Assembly (NCBI GenBank): GCA_043813075.1
Contig: JBDRLL010000041.1
Span: forward strand, 15,409-79,408
Origin: Candidatus Altiarchaeota archaeon
GTDB taxonomy: Archaea; Altiarchaeota; Altiarchaeia; IMC4; SCGC-AAA252-I15
Length of the DNA: 64,000 nucleotides
Direction: 5' to 3'
The notes beneath the pieces were generated by a model that saw only the letters and a list, made by a program, of their open reading frames with translations, was not told where the DNA came from and searched no databases. The translations under genes and the position numbers were made by a program. Of the stretch, positions 15,799 to 24,639 are shown one piece after another (within the stretch, counting starts at the first letter, position 1; every line of letters begins with the position of its first letter).

Positions 15799-18479
15799 AT
15801 GCCACCTCCCACGGGCGCGTCGCCACCATATTCAATGTATATCGTATCGTCCTCGTCTATGGCGACGATGTAGTCGTCGTATTCTCCGCCAAGTAGTCTG
15901 CCTGCGGCTAGGCCATCGTACTTGGTGAACGGGAAATACATGACTTTAAGCAGGCCTGTGAGGTCGTAGACGAACACTGCGCCATCATCGTCCACGCCGA
16001 CGAGGAATTCCTGCTTTTCGTCGCCGACAACGTCTGCCACAGTGAGGCCGTCGTATGGCGTGTACCTGTCCAGGTTCACCATCATCTTCTCGTGCATTAG
16101 TGTGTCGTAGACTGTAAGACGGTCGTTGGAGCTTTCGATGAATATTATCTCCTTATGCCCGTCGCCGATGACGTCTGCCACGGTAAAACCGTCGTGGCGG
16201 TCGTTGTCGCCGAGGTAGCGGACTCCGTTGAATCCTGAGGGTAGTGTAACATCCCTCAGCAAAGCCCCGGACGCGTCGTATATGTGGACCAGACCATCGT
16301 CGATTGACGCGACAAGCAGCTCTTCTTTCCCGCCACCCATGACGTCACCCACTGCAAAACCATCGTGAGTGTTGAAATCGATATTGTAGTTGGCTATAAA
16401 GCCGCCTGAACCGTCATAGATGTAGGCGTTACCGTCCTCGTTGTTTGCGATGATGATCTCGTCCATATCATCACCAGACACGTCGCCGACAAGTAGATGA
16501 TCATACTGGGTGAATAGTGTGGTGAAGTTTGCGAGAACCGTCCCGCCAAGGTCATGGACTATCATCCGTCCGTCATCCTTCTTCGCATGGATTATCTCGT
16601 CCAATCCGGACGGGTGGACGTTGCCTACCGCAACATCATCCCAGTGTTTCAGTAATGCGTGGAAGCTAACGCCCTCCCTGCAGCTGCATAATGTGCCGAT
16701 CTTGTAGTGGGACTCGTTGACCAACACCTTCTTGTTTATTGAAGTCGAGTTCACGTTGCCTGCCATGTCACAGGCACTCACCCTGTAGACTACAGTACTA
16801 TAATTCATGAATGAAGAGTTAGTGTAAACACAGGACTCTACCGCACCACCGCTGAGACAGCAGTCGGCCACCCTGCGCTCGTCAACATAATTGCATTCTG
16901 TGTCGTACCCAGACTCGAATAATGTCATTGTACGTATGCCGCTCGCGTCAGAGGCAGTGTATGTGACATCGGCTTCGGTGAAGTAGAATATTGTCGCAGG
17001 GTCGGTGGTGATGTTGATTACTGGCGTGGTGAAGTCAACCCTGTCATACATGAAGTCCTGAGTTATGTCTCCTGCACACAGGTCATGGATGTTCAACGTC
17101 ACGCTTGGCGGAATCCACGAGCCCTGCAGCGGACAGCCGTCACACAGACGCATGTCAGTGTATATGGGCGTCAGCTGCCAATCACCCTCGCCGAGACAGC
17201 CCTGGTACACTATGTGAGGGTCTTCAGGAGTCGCGTTAGCTGGTCCGGCTGGTATCGGAACCTCCCTGCCGCTGGACGTGTGGGTTGCAAGTATCATCAC
17301 GTATGGCACGTGCTCGTCGCGGAAAGGCCTTACATCCCCCTTAACTTTACGGCAGCCTATCTCATAGCATGTTGTGCCAGTCCCACATGGTGTTGGAGCG
17401 CAGCCACATGGACGGTAGCTTAGGCCGCCAGGGGCCCCCAACGCAGCCTGAGCGGGGGTCAGGCAGGAGCATCCGCCAGGACATGTCGGCCCTGGCCGAT
17501 AGCAATACATTGGTATTGGTGATCCGCCGGTTCCACCGTCAACGACGGTCCCTCCTCCCCCAGGTTCCATGGTTCCGCAGGTGGCTGTGCTGCATTGTTG
17601 ACGGCTTGGGCCGAACATCATGCTGGCTTGGTCTGAGGTAAGGCACGTGCAGTCTCCACTGCATCCGGGAGTGTCACCGGACGTATCCTGCACGTCAATG
17701 CTTCCGTCGAGGGTCTCCACGTTGCCCATTGAGTCCGTTACCTCGACGACCAGCATGGTTCTGGCGGACAGGGGGTTCCCATCGTATGTGCAAGAGTATG
17801 TCTGCGCGTTAGTTGGGTAACATGTTTTAACCGTCTTACCGCCCAGCTTGAGTTTTACAAGCCGTATGCCGTCCAGGTCCACGACGTTCATGCTGTGGCC
17901 AACTCGGTCACGGTTCTTGAATGGAATCTGGGGGAAGTTACTGTATTCTATTGTTGTGGGGTTGTCGGAGACTAGGGTGGTTAGGGTTAGTCGGGTTATA
18001 ACGTCGCCTGCCGTGAACATTGTCGTCGACGTGGTTTGGATTGTAGTCGTCTGTTTCTGGGTGGTGGTAGTGGCCTTTATAGTGCTTGTCGTCTGGAGGG
18101 GTAGTGTCGTTGTTGGCGATTGCTTTAGTGAGGTAGTTGTCTGGGAAGGCTTTAAAGTCGTGGTCGGAGCCTGGCAGGTGCACTTCCCATAGTAGTCAAT
18201 GCAGAGCAGGTTGTTTGGGCAGTAGCCTTCACAAGTGTTGCTCTTAGGGTTTAGAGTACAAGGCATGAGTGTTGTGGTAGTTGATGTTGTTGCCACACAA
18301 GCACAGTATCCGCCTGGATGAGTCAGGTATAGTTTGTAGGAGCACGCCTGACCGGAGGGGCATGTGCCAGAGCATGTTGGTGGGTTGGAGTAGGAGCAGG
18401 TGTACTGCTGTTGAGAAGAGGCTGACACAGATAGTATCATCAATAGGCCGAATAAAACTGTCTTTTTCAACCAACCCAC
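15795..18479 (-). CDS. Large modular secreted protein: small Cys-rich modules, Thr-rich mucin-like linker, Ig/HYR-like domains, C-terminal FG-GAP/VCBS-type beta-propeller repeats
   Basis: 894 aa with a signal peptide. There are two mini Cys modules (aa 27-103) and a TTT linker (aa 104-155). Six repeats of the type YDGLTVADVVGDEKQEFLVGVDDDGAVFVYD occupy aa ~612-894 (nt 15798-16646). The stop overlaps the start of the next gene (15795-15798). Confidence 0.75.
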   Translation of the reverse strand: MGWLKKTVLFGLLMILSVSASSQQQYTCSYSNPPTCSGTCPSGQACSYKLYLTHPGGYCACVATTSTTTTLMPCTLNPKSNTCEGYCPNNLLCIDYYGKCTCQAPTTTLKPSQTTTSLKQSPTTTLPLQTTSTIKATTTTQKQTTTIQTTSTTMFTAGDVITRLTLTTLVSDNPTTIEYSNFPQIPFKNRDRVGHSMNVVDLDGIRLVKLKLGGKTVKTCYPTNAQTYSCTYDGNPLSARTMLVVEVTDSMGNVETLDGSIDVQDTSGDTPGCSGDCTCLTSDQASMMFGPSRQQCSTATCGTMEPGGGGTVVDGGTGGSPIPMYCYRPGPTCPGGCSCLTPAQAALGAPGGLSYRPCGCAPTPCGTGTTCYEIGCRKVKGDVRPFRDEHVPYVMILATHTSSGREVPIPAGPANATPEDPHIVYQGCLGEGDWQLTPIYTDMRLCDGCPLQGSWIPPSVTLNIHDLCAGDITQDFMYDRVDFTTPVINITTDPATIFYFTEADVTYTASDASGIRTMTLFESGYDTECNYVDERRVADCCLSGGAVESCVYTNSSFMNYSTVVYRVSACDMAGNVNSTSINKKVLVNESHYKIGTLCSCREGVSFHALLKHWDDVAVGNVHPSGLDEIIHAKKDDGRMIVHDLGGTVLANFTTLFTQYDHLLVGDVSGDDMDEIIIANNEDGNAYIYDGSGGFIANYNIDFNTHDGFAVGDVMGGGKEELLVASIDDGLVHIYDASGALLRDVTLPSGFNGVRYLGDNDRHDGFTVADVIGDGHKEIIFIESSNDRLTVYDTLMHEKMMVNLDRYTPYDGLTVADVVGDEKQEFLVGVDDDGAVFVYDLTGLLKVMYFPFTKYDGLAAGRLLGGEYDDYIVAIDEDDTIYIEYGGDAPVGGGI

Positions 18480-18664
18480 CTAGTTAGAAATGGTTTTTAT
18501 CGTATTAAAGGTTGTTATGGATGGGGGTAATCGTTAGACTAGCGTGGACTGTTTGAGTTCCTTCCTCACAGTCATCTCTTTTTTGCCTTCAGTCCCTGCT
18601 TCTTCAGTCCTGCACCTGAACCGTATCTCAGAGACGGTGGGCCTCAGGTAGTTTAGGTCCAATG

Positions 18665-18940
18665 TTATTCGAGCTTCTCTAGGGCGCCGAATTTTCCTGC
18701 TGAGACCTGGAGTTTGCCTTGGTAGCTCTTACACCAGCCTTTCGTTATCTTGACTTTGTCGCCTATGCCGTACTGGTTGACTTGCTCGTTCCAGAGCGTC
18801 AACTGCACGTCTCCTGTGTCGTCTTTTGCTGAGGCGTTCTGTACTGGGCCGTAGCTTGTGTCTCGTGGCTCCTCTATGTCTGTTATCTCCAGTGTTATAT
18901 CGTCCACTGGCGTCCTGTCTTGTAGTTCGCTGACTTTCAT
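18665..18940 (-). CDS. Small OB-fold nucleic-acid-binding protein (SSB-like)
   Basis: 91 aa. The pattern DDTGDVQLTLWNEQVNQYGIGDKVKITKGWCKSYQGKLQVS is typical of single-OB-fold archaeal ssDNA/anticodon-binding-like proteins. Confidence 0.55.
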   Translation of the reverse strand: MKVSELQDRTPVDDITLEITDIEEPRDTSYGPVQNASAKDDTGDVQLTLWNEQVNQYGIGDKVKITKGWCKSYQGKLQVSAGKFGALEKLE

Positions 18941-19223
18941 GTTCTAATGTATTCGCAATCAGACAATTAAATTAGTTAAGTATCTTTTTTATACCATAAT
19001 ATTTATATATGATATAATCATATAATGTATTACAAAGTATGAGTGCGGGGTGATCAGATAATTGTCATAAAAAAAGGCATTACAAAAAAAAGTGTATATA
19101 TTACACTGAAAACCAATCAAGATATTGGATGGCTCGAAGGAGTAAGTAATGCAAAAATAAGACAATATCCCAGCGGGATGGGGATAAACCCCCTATCTGA
19201 CCCTAAAGCACTCCAACAATAAT

Positions 19224-21113
19224 CTATTTACTGACAGGCATCAGATCCTCAAAATAACACCTGACCAACTCGCCCAGACTCCACGCCTGACTAATGCACC
19301 CGCCATGGGCATGCGGCTCATCACCATCAAAGACCTCGCTGACACAACCAAGGCCTGCATCAAAGAGATGCCTGGATAAAAAAGACTCTACAAGATCTAT
19401 GCAACGCGACCTGGCGCCAGCACCACGATAACGCAAAACCGCCCTGACATAGGGACCCAGAAGCCAAGGCCAGACGGTGCCGTTGTGATAGGATGCGGCC
19501 CTCTCATCAAAGCCTCCGACATACCTGCCCCGGTAGCGAGAATCGCCCCTAGCGAGAGTCCGCAGACCATAGGGTGTAAGGAGCTCAGAGTCCACCAAGT
19601 CAAGAATCTTCAATGCCTTGTCTTCAGGCACGACATTATAATCCATTGACAACAAGAGGACCTGGTTAGGCCTAATGCTACCGTCGCCAAGACAGTCATC
19701 CAGGTAAGAGCCGTTCCAATAGTTTTCCATGAAATTATCCTCAAAACCTGATATGAGGTCGTCTACCCCAGCTTCGTCTCCGACAAGCTTGGATAGTGAC
19801 TTCATGACGCGCAGAGCATTGTACCATAAACCCTGGACTTCGACAGCCTGACTGCGGCTCAACGTGTCCATCCAGGTGCCTGAATCATGGTGTAATATCC
19901 CATCCCTACACCATCCAGAATACTTTTTGACTATGTCTTTCATAGTCCACCAGTATGCCCTCAAGAAACGCCGGGCATCATCATTGCCTGCGTACTTAGC
20001 ATAGGAGTTAACCCGGTCTATTAGCCAGAGGGAAGAATCGAAGTCACGGTATTCAGGCACACCCTTGTTGAAGACGGTCGGTATCCTGCCGCCGTAAACA
20101 TTCCTGAGGAATCCGCCGAGTATCCTCTCAGCCTCACCAAGCCGCCCGGTCACAAGACACAATCCGGGGAGGCTTATCATAGTATCCCTGCCCCAGTCGT
20201 CAAACCAGTGATAGCCGGCCATAATGCTCTTCCTGCCATCAGAGTCAACAAGGAATGAAGACGTGTTGCATAATAGAGTGTAAAGCCGCAGATCCTTGAA
20301 ACCAGACTTCAATGGAGTCTTCGAGGAGGACAGACCAGTGAACACCCTCCCGCAATCCCTCTCGTCAACGCCAGACGCGACGGTGAACGAGAACTCGATT
20401 CCACTACCTTCATCAACACTTGTCTTAAAGTATCCGGGGTAAAAGCCGTTGTCAACGTGATCCTCCCCCCTCCGCTCATCCATGAAGTACTTGAAGTTAC
20501 GATGCCAGTTGGAGCAGACGACAGACTCCATGAGGTCGTTGTAGACTAGTAGATACGTGTCGGGAGACTGGATGCCAAACGCCCTATCGTTGAATGACTT
20601 GCATTCAAAGATGTCTGAGACGCCGAGCAGTCCGTGAATGCTCCGGCAGGATACGACAGGATTAACCCTGAACTCAACAGGACCGGGAGAATTGTTGGAA
20701 AGCATGTAGGAGACCTTCAGCGCATTGAAGCCTTGATACATTCCCAACCTCTTCACCAGCGACACGCCCCCAACAGAATACCTCAACTCGAACGAGTGGG
20801 GGGTGGACTTGACTGAATCGAGGTAATTAATGCCTTCAGCCACCCGGGTGCCGTCAGAGTAATCGTTGACGCCCAGACCATGCCCCACACCCTCGACAAA
20901 AAGCTCTTCATCCAGCTTCAAGAGCATCACCCTCCGGTCGATGACTGGGAATGACGAGACCAGGAGTCCATGATACTTGCGGGTGTTCAGGCAAGAGATT
21001 GATGAAGAGGAATACCCTCCCAGACCATTGGTCAACAGGAATTCCATTGAAGACGGGTCGGCGACTGACTTCAAATCCAGCTCAAAACCATCACTAGCTC
21101 CCCTTTGCTGCAT
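19224..21113 (-). CDS. Archaeal-type glycogen debranching enzyme (amylo-alpha-1,6-glucosidase family)
   Basis: 629 aa with N-terminal FLLTNGLGGYSSSSISCLNTRKYHGLL and a C-terminal (alpha/alpha)6 GDE_C-like region (GYHWFDDWGRDTMISLPGL ... YHNGTVWPWLLGPY). Confidence 0.85.
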   Translation of the reverse strand: MQQRGASDGFELDLKSVADPSSMEFLLTNGLGGYSSSSISCLNTRKYHGLLVSSFPVIDRRVMLLKLDEELFVEGVGHGLGVNDYSDGTRVAEGINYLDSVKSTPHSFELRYSVGGVSLVKRLGMYQGFNALKVSYMLSNNSPGPVEFRVNPVVSCRSIHGLLGVSDIFECKSFNDRAFGIQSPDTYLLVYNDLMESVVCSNWHRNFKYFMDERRGEDHVDNGFYPGYFKTSVDEGSGIEFSFTVASGVDERDCGRVFTGLSSSKTPLKSGFKDLRLYTLLCNTSSFLVDSDGRKSIMAGYHWFDDWGRDTMISLPGLCLVTGRLGEAERILGGFLRNVYGGRIPTVFNKGVPEYRDFDSSLWLIDRVNSYAKYAGNDDARRFLRAYWWTMKDIVKKYSGWCRDGILHHDSGTWMDTLSRSQAVEVQGLWYNALRVMKSLSKLVGDEAGVDDLISGFEDNFMENYWNGSYLDDCLGDGSIRPNQVLLLSMDYNVVPEDKALKILDLVDSELLTPYGLRTLARGDSRYRGRYVGGFDERAASYHNGTVWPWLLGPYVRAVLRYRGAGARSRCIDLVESFLSRHLFDAGLGCVSEVFDGDEPHAHGGCISQAWSLGELVRCYFEDLMPVSK

Positions 21114-21139
21114 GTAATAGAGTATTTTTATGCGAACGA

Positions 21140-21147
21140 TATAAATA
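21140..21147. promoter_or_regulatory. Candidate shared TATA element in the 61-bp divergent intergenic region between the debranching enzyme and GH57 genes
   Basis: TATAAATA lies about 28-35 nt upstream of ATG 21175 on the + strand. Its complement TTTATAT lies about 26-32 nt upstream of ATG 21113 on the - strand. This spacing fits leaderless or very short-leader archaeal transcripts. Confidence 0.3.
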
Positions 21148-21174
21148 AGATACCTCGCAGATTAGGTGGGTGGT

Positions 21175-22401
21175 ATGACTTCAGTATGTTTTTACTTTCA
21201 AATGCACCAGCCATACCGGCTGAAATGGTTCTGGCCTGGAGACGACTATAAAGGCCCCCTCGAAGACCATTATTTTGACACTGAACTGAACAAGTGGACT
21301 CTCCACAAGGTAGCCGGAAAATGCTATTGGCCTGCCACCCAGAACATACTACACAACATAGAGCTGCTTAAGAACGAGAAGAGGAAGTTCAAGGTGAGCT
21401 ACTCGATATCGGGCGCCGTGCTGGAGCAGATGGAGAGGTGGGACAAGGACCTGCTCGAATTGTTCAAGCAGCTGGGGGAGACGGGCTGCTGCGAATTCCT
21501 CTGCGAGACGAGATACCATAGCCTGTCCAGCCTGTTCGACCTGAGGGGGGAGTTCGTAGAACAGGTCAAGGACCACCGTCAGATGATTAAGGATTATTTG
21601 GGCCAGAAGCCGAGCGTGTTCAGGAACACTGAACTACTGTACCATGACACAATAGCGAAGGAGATTGAGGACCTCAAGTTCAAGGCGATAATGACGGAGG
21701 GCACTGAGAAGATACTTGAGGGGTGGAAGAGCCCCAATTATATTTACTCCAGGAAGGACGGGAGGATAAAGGTCTTGCTTAGGAACTACAAGCTGTCCGA
21801 CGACATAGGATACAGGTTCAGCGCCAGATGGTGGGAGGGATGGCCGCTAACCGCCGAGAAATACGCGGACTGGCTCTCATGGACTCCAGGCGACACGATA
21901 AACATATTCATGGACTACGAGACGTTCGGAGAGCACCAGTGGGATGATACGGGGATATTCTATTTCCTCGACTCGGTGCCCTGGAAGATCCTGGAGAAAC
22001 AGCATTTGGAGTTCAACACGCCCAGCGAAGTGGTGGACAAGTACCATTCCAGGGGGGAGATACAGGTCCCATGGTATGAGACGGTATCATGGGCTGACAT
22101 GGAGAGGGATCCGAGCGCATGGCTGGGCAACCACATGCAGCACCTTAATTTCACGGAGTTGAAGCGTCTTGAAGACGAGGTTAAGAAATCAGGGAACAAG
22201 GAGTTCCTTAGGATATGGAGGATGCTGCAGATTTCAGACCACTTCTACTACATGTGCACGAAGGGTATGGGAGACGGTTCTGTGCACGAATATTTCAGCC
22301 ATCACGGCAATCCCTTCGATGCGGGGCTGAACTACCACGCAGTGCTCTCAGACTTCAGGGAGAGGGTGATTAGGGAGAGGTATGAGAAAAGAAGGAGGTG
22401 A
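21175..22401 (+). CDS. Glycoside hydrolase family 57 enzyme (alpha-amylase / glucan-processing)
   Basis: MTSVCFYFQMHQPYRL... is the characteristic GH57 N-terminus. The ORF track begins at GTG 21166, but ATG 21175 fits the TATA spacing better. Confidence 0.85.
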   Translation: MTSVCFYFQMHQPYRLKWFWPGDDYKGPLEDHYFDTELNKWTLHKVAGKCYWPATQNILHNIELLKNEKRKFKVSYSISGAVLEQMERWDKDLLELFKQLGETGCCEFLCETRYHSLSSLFDLRGEFVEQVKDHRQMIKDYLGQKPSVFRNTELLYHDTIAKEIEDLKFKAIMTEGTEKILEGWKSPNYIYSRKDGRIKVLLRNYKLSDDIGYRFSARWWEGWPLTAEKYADWLSWTPGDTINIFMDYETFGEHQWDDTGIFYFLDSVPWKILEKQHLEFNTPSEVVDKYHSRGEIQVPWYETVSWADMERDPSAWLGNHMQHLNFTELKRLEDEVKKSGNKEFLRIWRMLQISDHFYYMCTKGMGDGSVHEYFSHHGNPFDAGLNYHAVLSDFRERVIRERYEKRRR

Positions 22402-22402
22402 G

Positions 22403-22933
22403 TCACTCGAATATTGTTATCTCACTGACCGTCCTCATCCTAACTATCGCTGCAGGACCTGTTGTTATCACATACTCGGAACAATGCCCGGACGTTAGGA
22501 GGGTCTTGTTGCCGTAGAAGAGTATGTCCTTAAGCTGTTCTGAATCCAGGTCTGCGACGCAATCCCCAAGGCATTCGACAGAGTCGATGCACTCCTTCCC
22601 ATAATCGTATGCGCGGGGGTTGCAGACCTTCTCTGTCGAGTTCCCGATAACCCCCCAGTAGCCGTCATAGTATATGCATGCGTCAAATGATGATGGCAGG
22701 CAGTAGCTGCTATTCCAGGGGGTAGTGTACCATATCCAACCATTGTCGATACCATGCTTCCTGCAGTATGGATAGCGCTTGATGAATATGCTCCAGTTAG
22801 CTGGCACTTCACCGATGATAGGGACTGTTGAGGTGGTAGTAGACTGCGTGCCATCATCCCCCGAAAAACCAGAGATAAGGTAGTGCGCGATTATAGAGCC
22901 GGCTAAAAGCAGGAGGATAACCTTTACTTCCAC
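22403..22933 (-). CDS. Small Cys-rich secreted/anchored protein, unknown function
   Basis: 176 aa with a GTG start, an N-terminal hydrophobic helix, a short TTTS linker and 12 Cys. I recognise no family. Confidence 0.5.
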   Translation of the reverse strand: MEVKVILLLLAGSIIAHYLISGFSGDDGTQSTTTSTVPIIGEVPANWSIFIKRYPYCRKHGIDNGWIWYTTPWNSSYCLPSSFDACIYYDGYWGVIGNSTEKVCNPRAYDYGKECIDSVECLGDCVADLDSEQLKDILFYGNKTLLTSGHCSEYVITTGPAAIVRMRTVSEITIFE

Positions 22934-22999
22934 GTAAAAGAAATAGGTTCAGCACAATAAATACCAGCTTCATGAATGATGCGGCTTGAGTGTATGCTA

Positions 23000-24169
23000 C
23001 TATAGTCTTTCGTAGACGCTAACGTATTTCTTGCTCAACTCGCTCCAGTCGAATTTACGGGCCTCTTTAACGCACATCCCAGCCATCTTCTTTATGCTCT
23101 CGCCAGTCGTGTCGCCGAACAAGTATTTTATCCCCCATGCTATGCTCTCAGGAGTCTGATGAACCTTAACCCCAGTCCTGAAATTGTCTATCACCTCTGA
23201 GGGGCCTCCAACATCACAGGCCACGACAGGAGTCCCGGAAGCCCACGCTTCAAGGGTTATTATCCCGAAAGGCTCGTTCCTGGAGGGCACACAGACTATG
23301 TCAGCAGCCTTTAGAAGCCTCTTCTTATCCTCCTCAGAAACGTAACCCAGTATCCTTAGGTTATCCTGCACGCCAAGCCACCATCCGCGGCCCCTTAGAT
23401 GGTCTAGTATGTCTCCTGTGCCTGCGAAGACGAACACTGTCGAAGGGAAGTCGCGTAATACTATGGGTACCGCCTCCATGAGCAGGTCAGGGCCCTTCTG
23501 GTATGATACCCTACCGAGGAATAGGACGACTGGGGTGAAGGGGTGTATGCCGTAGGACTCCTTGACGCGTCCAGCATCGATTTTTCCCGCGTATTCGTCA
23601 ATGTTTATCCCATTGTATATCACGGATATCTTGTCTTCAGGAATCTGGTATTCGCGCATTATCTCATGTTTCATGCCGTGGGATACTGTCGTGACCTGCT
23701 TGCTTATGTACCCGCCAAGCCACTCCCTGTGCCTTATCCTTGCTGAAAACCAGTTGTCCGCGAAGTGGTTCCCGTTCCTCCCGAACTCTGTGCTATGGCA
23801 GGTCCATACTAGGTTGTCGTAACCCTTGTTCGACTTTATGTTTGCTAAAGCATTCACGACATGCCAGTCGTGGGCGTGTAGGACGTCGAATTTCCCGTAC
23901 TCTCCCTCGATGTGATGGAAGGAGGAGACCATGGAGTCGCCGAGATGGTCCATGTATTCTATGAAGTCTTCCATGCCGGGTGTGACACACCTGTGCTCGT
24001 GGACGCCGTTGATCTCGGCATGCTCAGGCTGCCCCTCCCCTATCCGGGTGAACACGTGGACTTCATGTCCTTTAGCAGCCAATGCTTCAGCAAGCCTTGT
24101 GGCTACTACTGCAACGCCTCCTGTGGGGACTGAGTTGAGAGTCTCCCACGAAAAGAATCCGATCCTCAT
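23000..24169 (-). CDS. GT-B glycosyltransferase (GT4/GT5-like), candidate glycogen synthase
   Basis: 389 aa with MRIGFFSWETLNSVPTGGVAVV... at the N-terminus and the E-x7-E region NEPFGIITLEAWASGTPVV. The functional call rests on the nearby glycogen genes. Confidence 0.7.
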   Translation of the reverse strand: MRIGFFSWETLNSVPTGGVAVVATRLAEALAAKGHEVHVFTRIGEGQPEHAEINGVHEHRCVTPGMEDFIEYMDHLGDSMVSSFHHIEGEYGKFDVLHAHDWHVVNALANIKSNKGYDNLVWTCHSTEFGRNGNHFADNWFSARIRHREWLGGYISKQVTTVSHGMKHEIMREYQIPEDKISVIYNGINIDEYAGKIDAGRVKESYGIHPFTPVVLFLGRVSYQKGPDLLMEAVPIVLRDFPSTVFVFAGTGDILDHLRGRGWWLGVQDNLRILGYVSEEDKKRLLKAADIVCVPSRNEPFGIITLEAWASGTPVVACDVGGPSEVIDNFRTGVKVHQTPESIAWGIKYLFGDTTGESIKKMAGMCVKEARKFDWSELSKKYVSVYERL

Positions 24170-24170
24170 G

Positions 24171-24380
24171 TTACTCGGCTAAAGCGATCATTAGCTTGTT
24201 TTTATCAGAGTCTACCCGAACCTTACCTTCACGGGCAAGCCAGCCCAGAGCCATGTCGAATAAATCGGTCTTTAGCTTTGATTTCTTCTTCAAATCCGTT
24301 GAAGTCATGGGTTTCCCGTTAGCGGATAACGTAGAATAGATTATCCCTGCAGAAGACCCTATTTCGCCCCATAAGTCCAT
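24171..24380 (-). CDS. Small winged-helix protein (DUF2582-like)
   Basis: 69 aa. YSTLSANGKPMTSTDLKKKSKLKTDLFDMALGWLAREGKV fits a wHTH. It ends 1 nt before the glycosyltransferase start. Confidence 0.5.
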   Translation of the reverse strand: MDLWGEIGSSAGIIYSTLSANGKPMTSTDLKKKSKLKTDLFDMALGWLAREGKVRVDSDKNKLMIALAE

Positions 24381-24479
24381 TAAACCACCTCAAGATATAT
24401 AGAGTTAGATATGTGCGATTTTGCTTAAAAATAGGTGTTTATATTGTCGAAATTACAATAACTTATGAGGTGTTGTGAC

Positions 24480-24638
24480 ATGTCTTTGACACTTGCTATA
24501 GCAGCTGGCGGGTTATTTCTGATAGGCTTCTACTGCCTTTTCTATCTAGCACACCTATTAGACTGGAGTGTTAGAACATTGAGCGGTAACAAGCAGGGGC
24601 TTATCTTCGACCTTGAGCCGGTTAAAAACGAGGATTGA
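24480..24638 (+). CDS. Possible 52-aa single-TM micro-protein
   Basis: Own translation: MSLTLAIAAGGLFLIGFYCLFYLAHLLDWSVRTLSGNKQGLIFDLEPVKNED. It is below the ORF-track cutoff and has no other support. Confidence 0.2.
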   Translation: MSLTLAIAAGGLFLIGFYCLFYLAHLLDWSVRTLSGNKQGLIFDLEPVKNED

Positions 24639-24639
24639 A

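Noticed and set aside
18480-18664. Stop-free minus-strand stretch (…LRPTVSEIRFRCRTEEAGTEGKKEMTVRKELKQSTLV*) between the OB-fold gene and the 894-aa gene. I also looked here for C/D box sRNA motifs.
   Set aside because: There is no usable start codon except one giving 13 aa. There is no RUGAUGA/CUGA box arrangement on either strand. It is most simply the promoter/5' region of the 894-aa gene.
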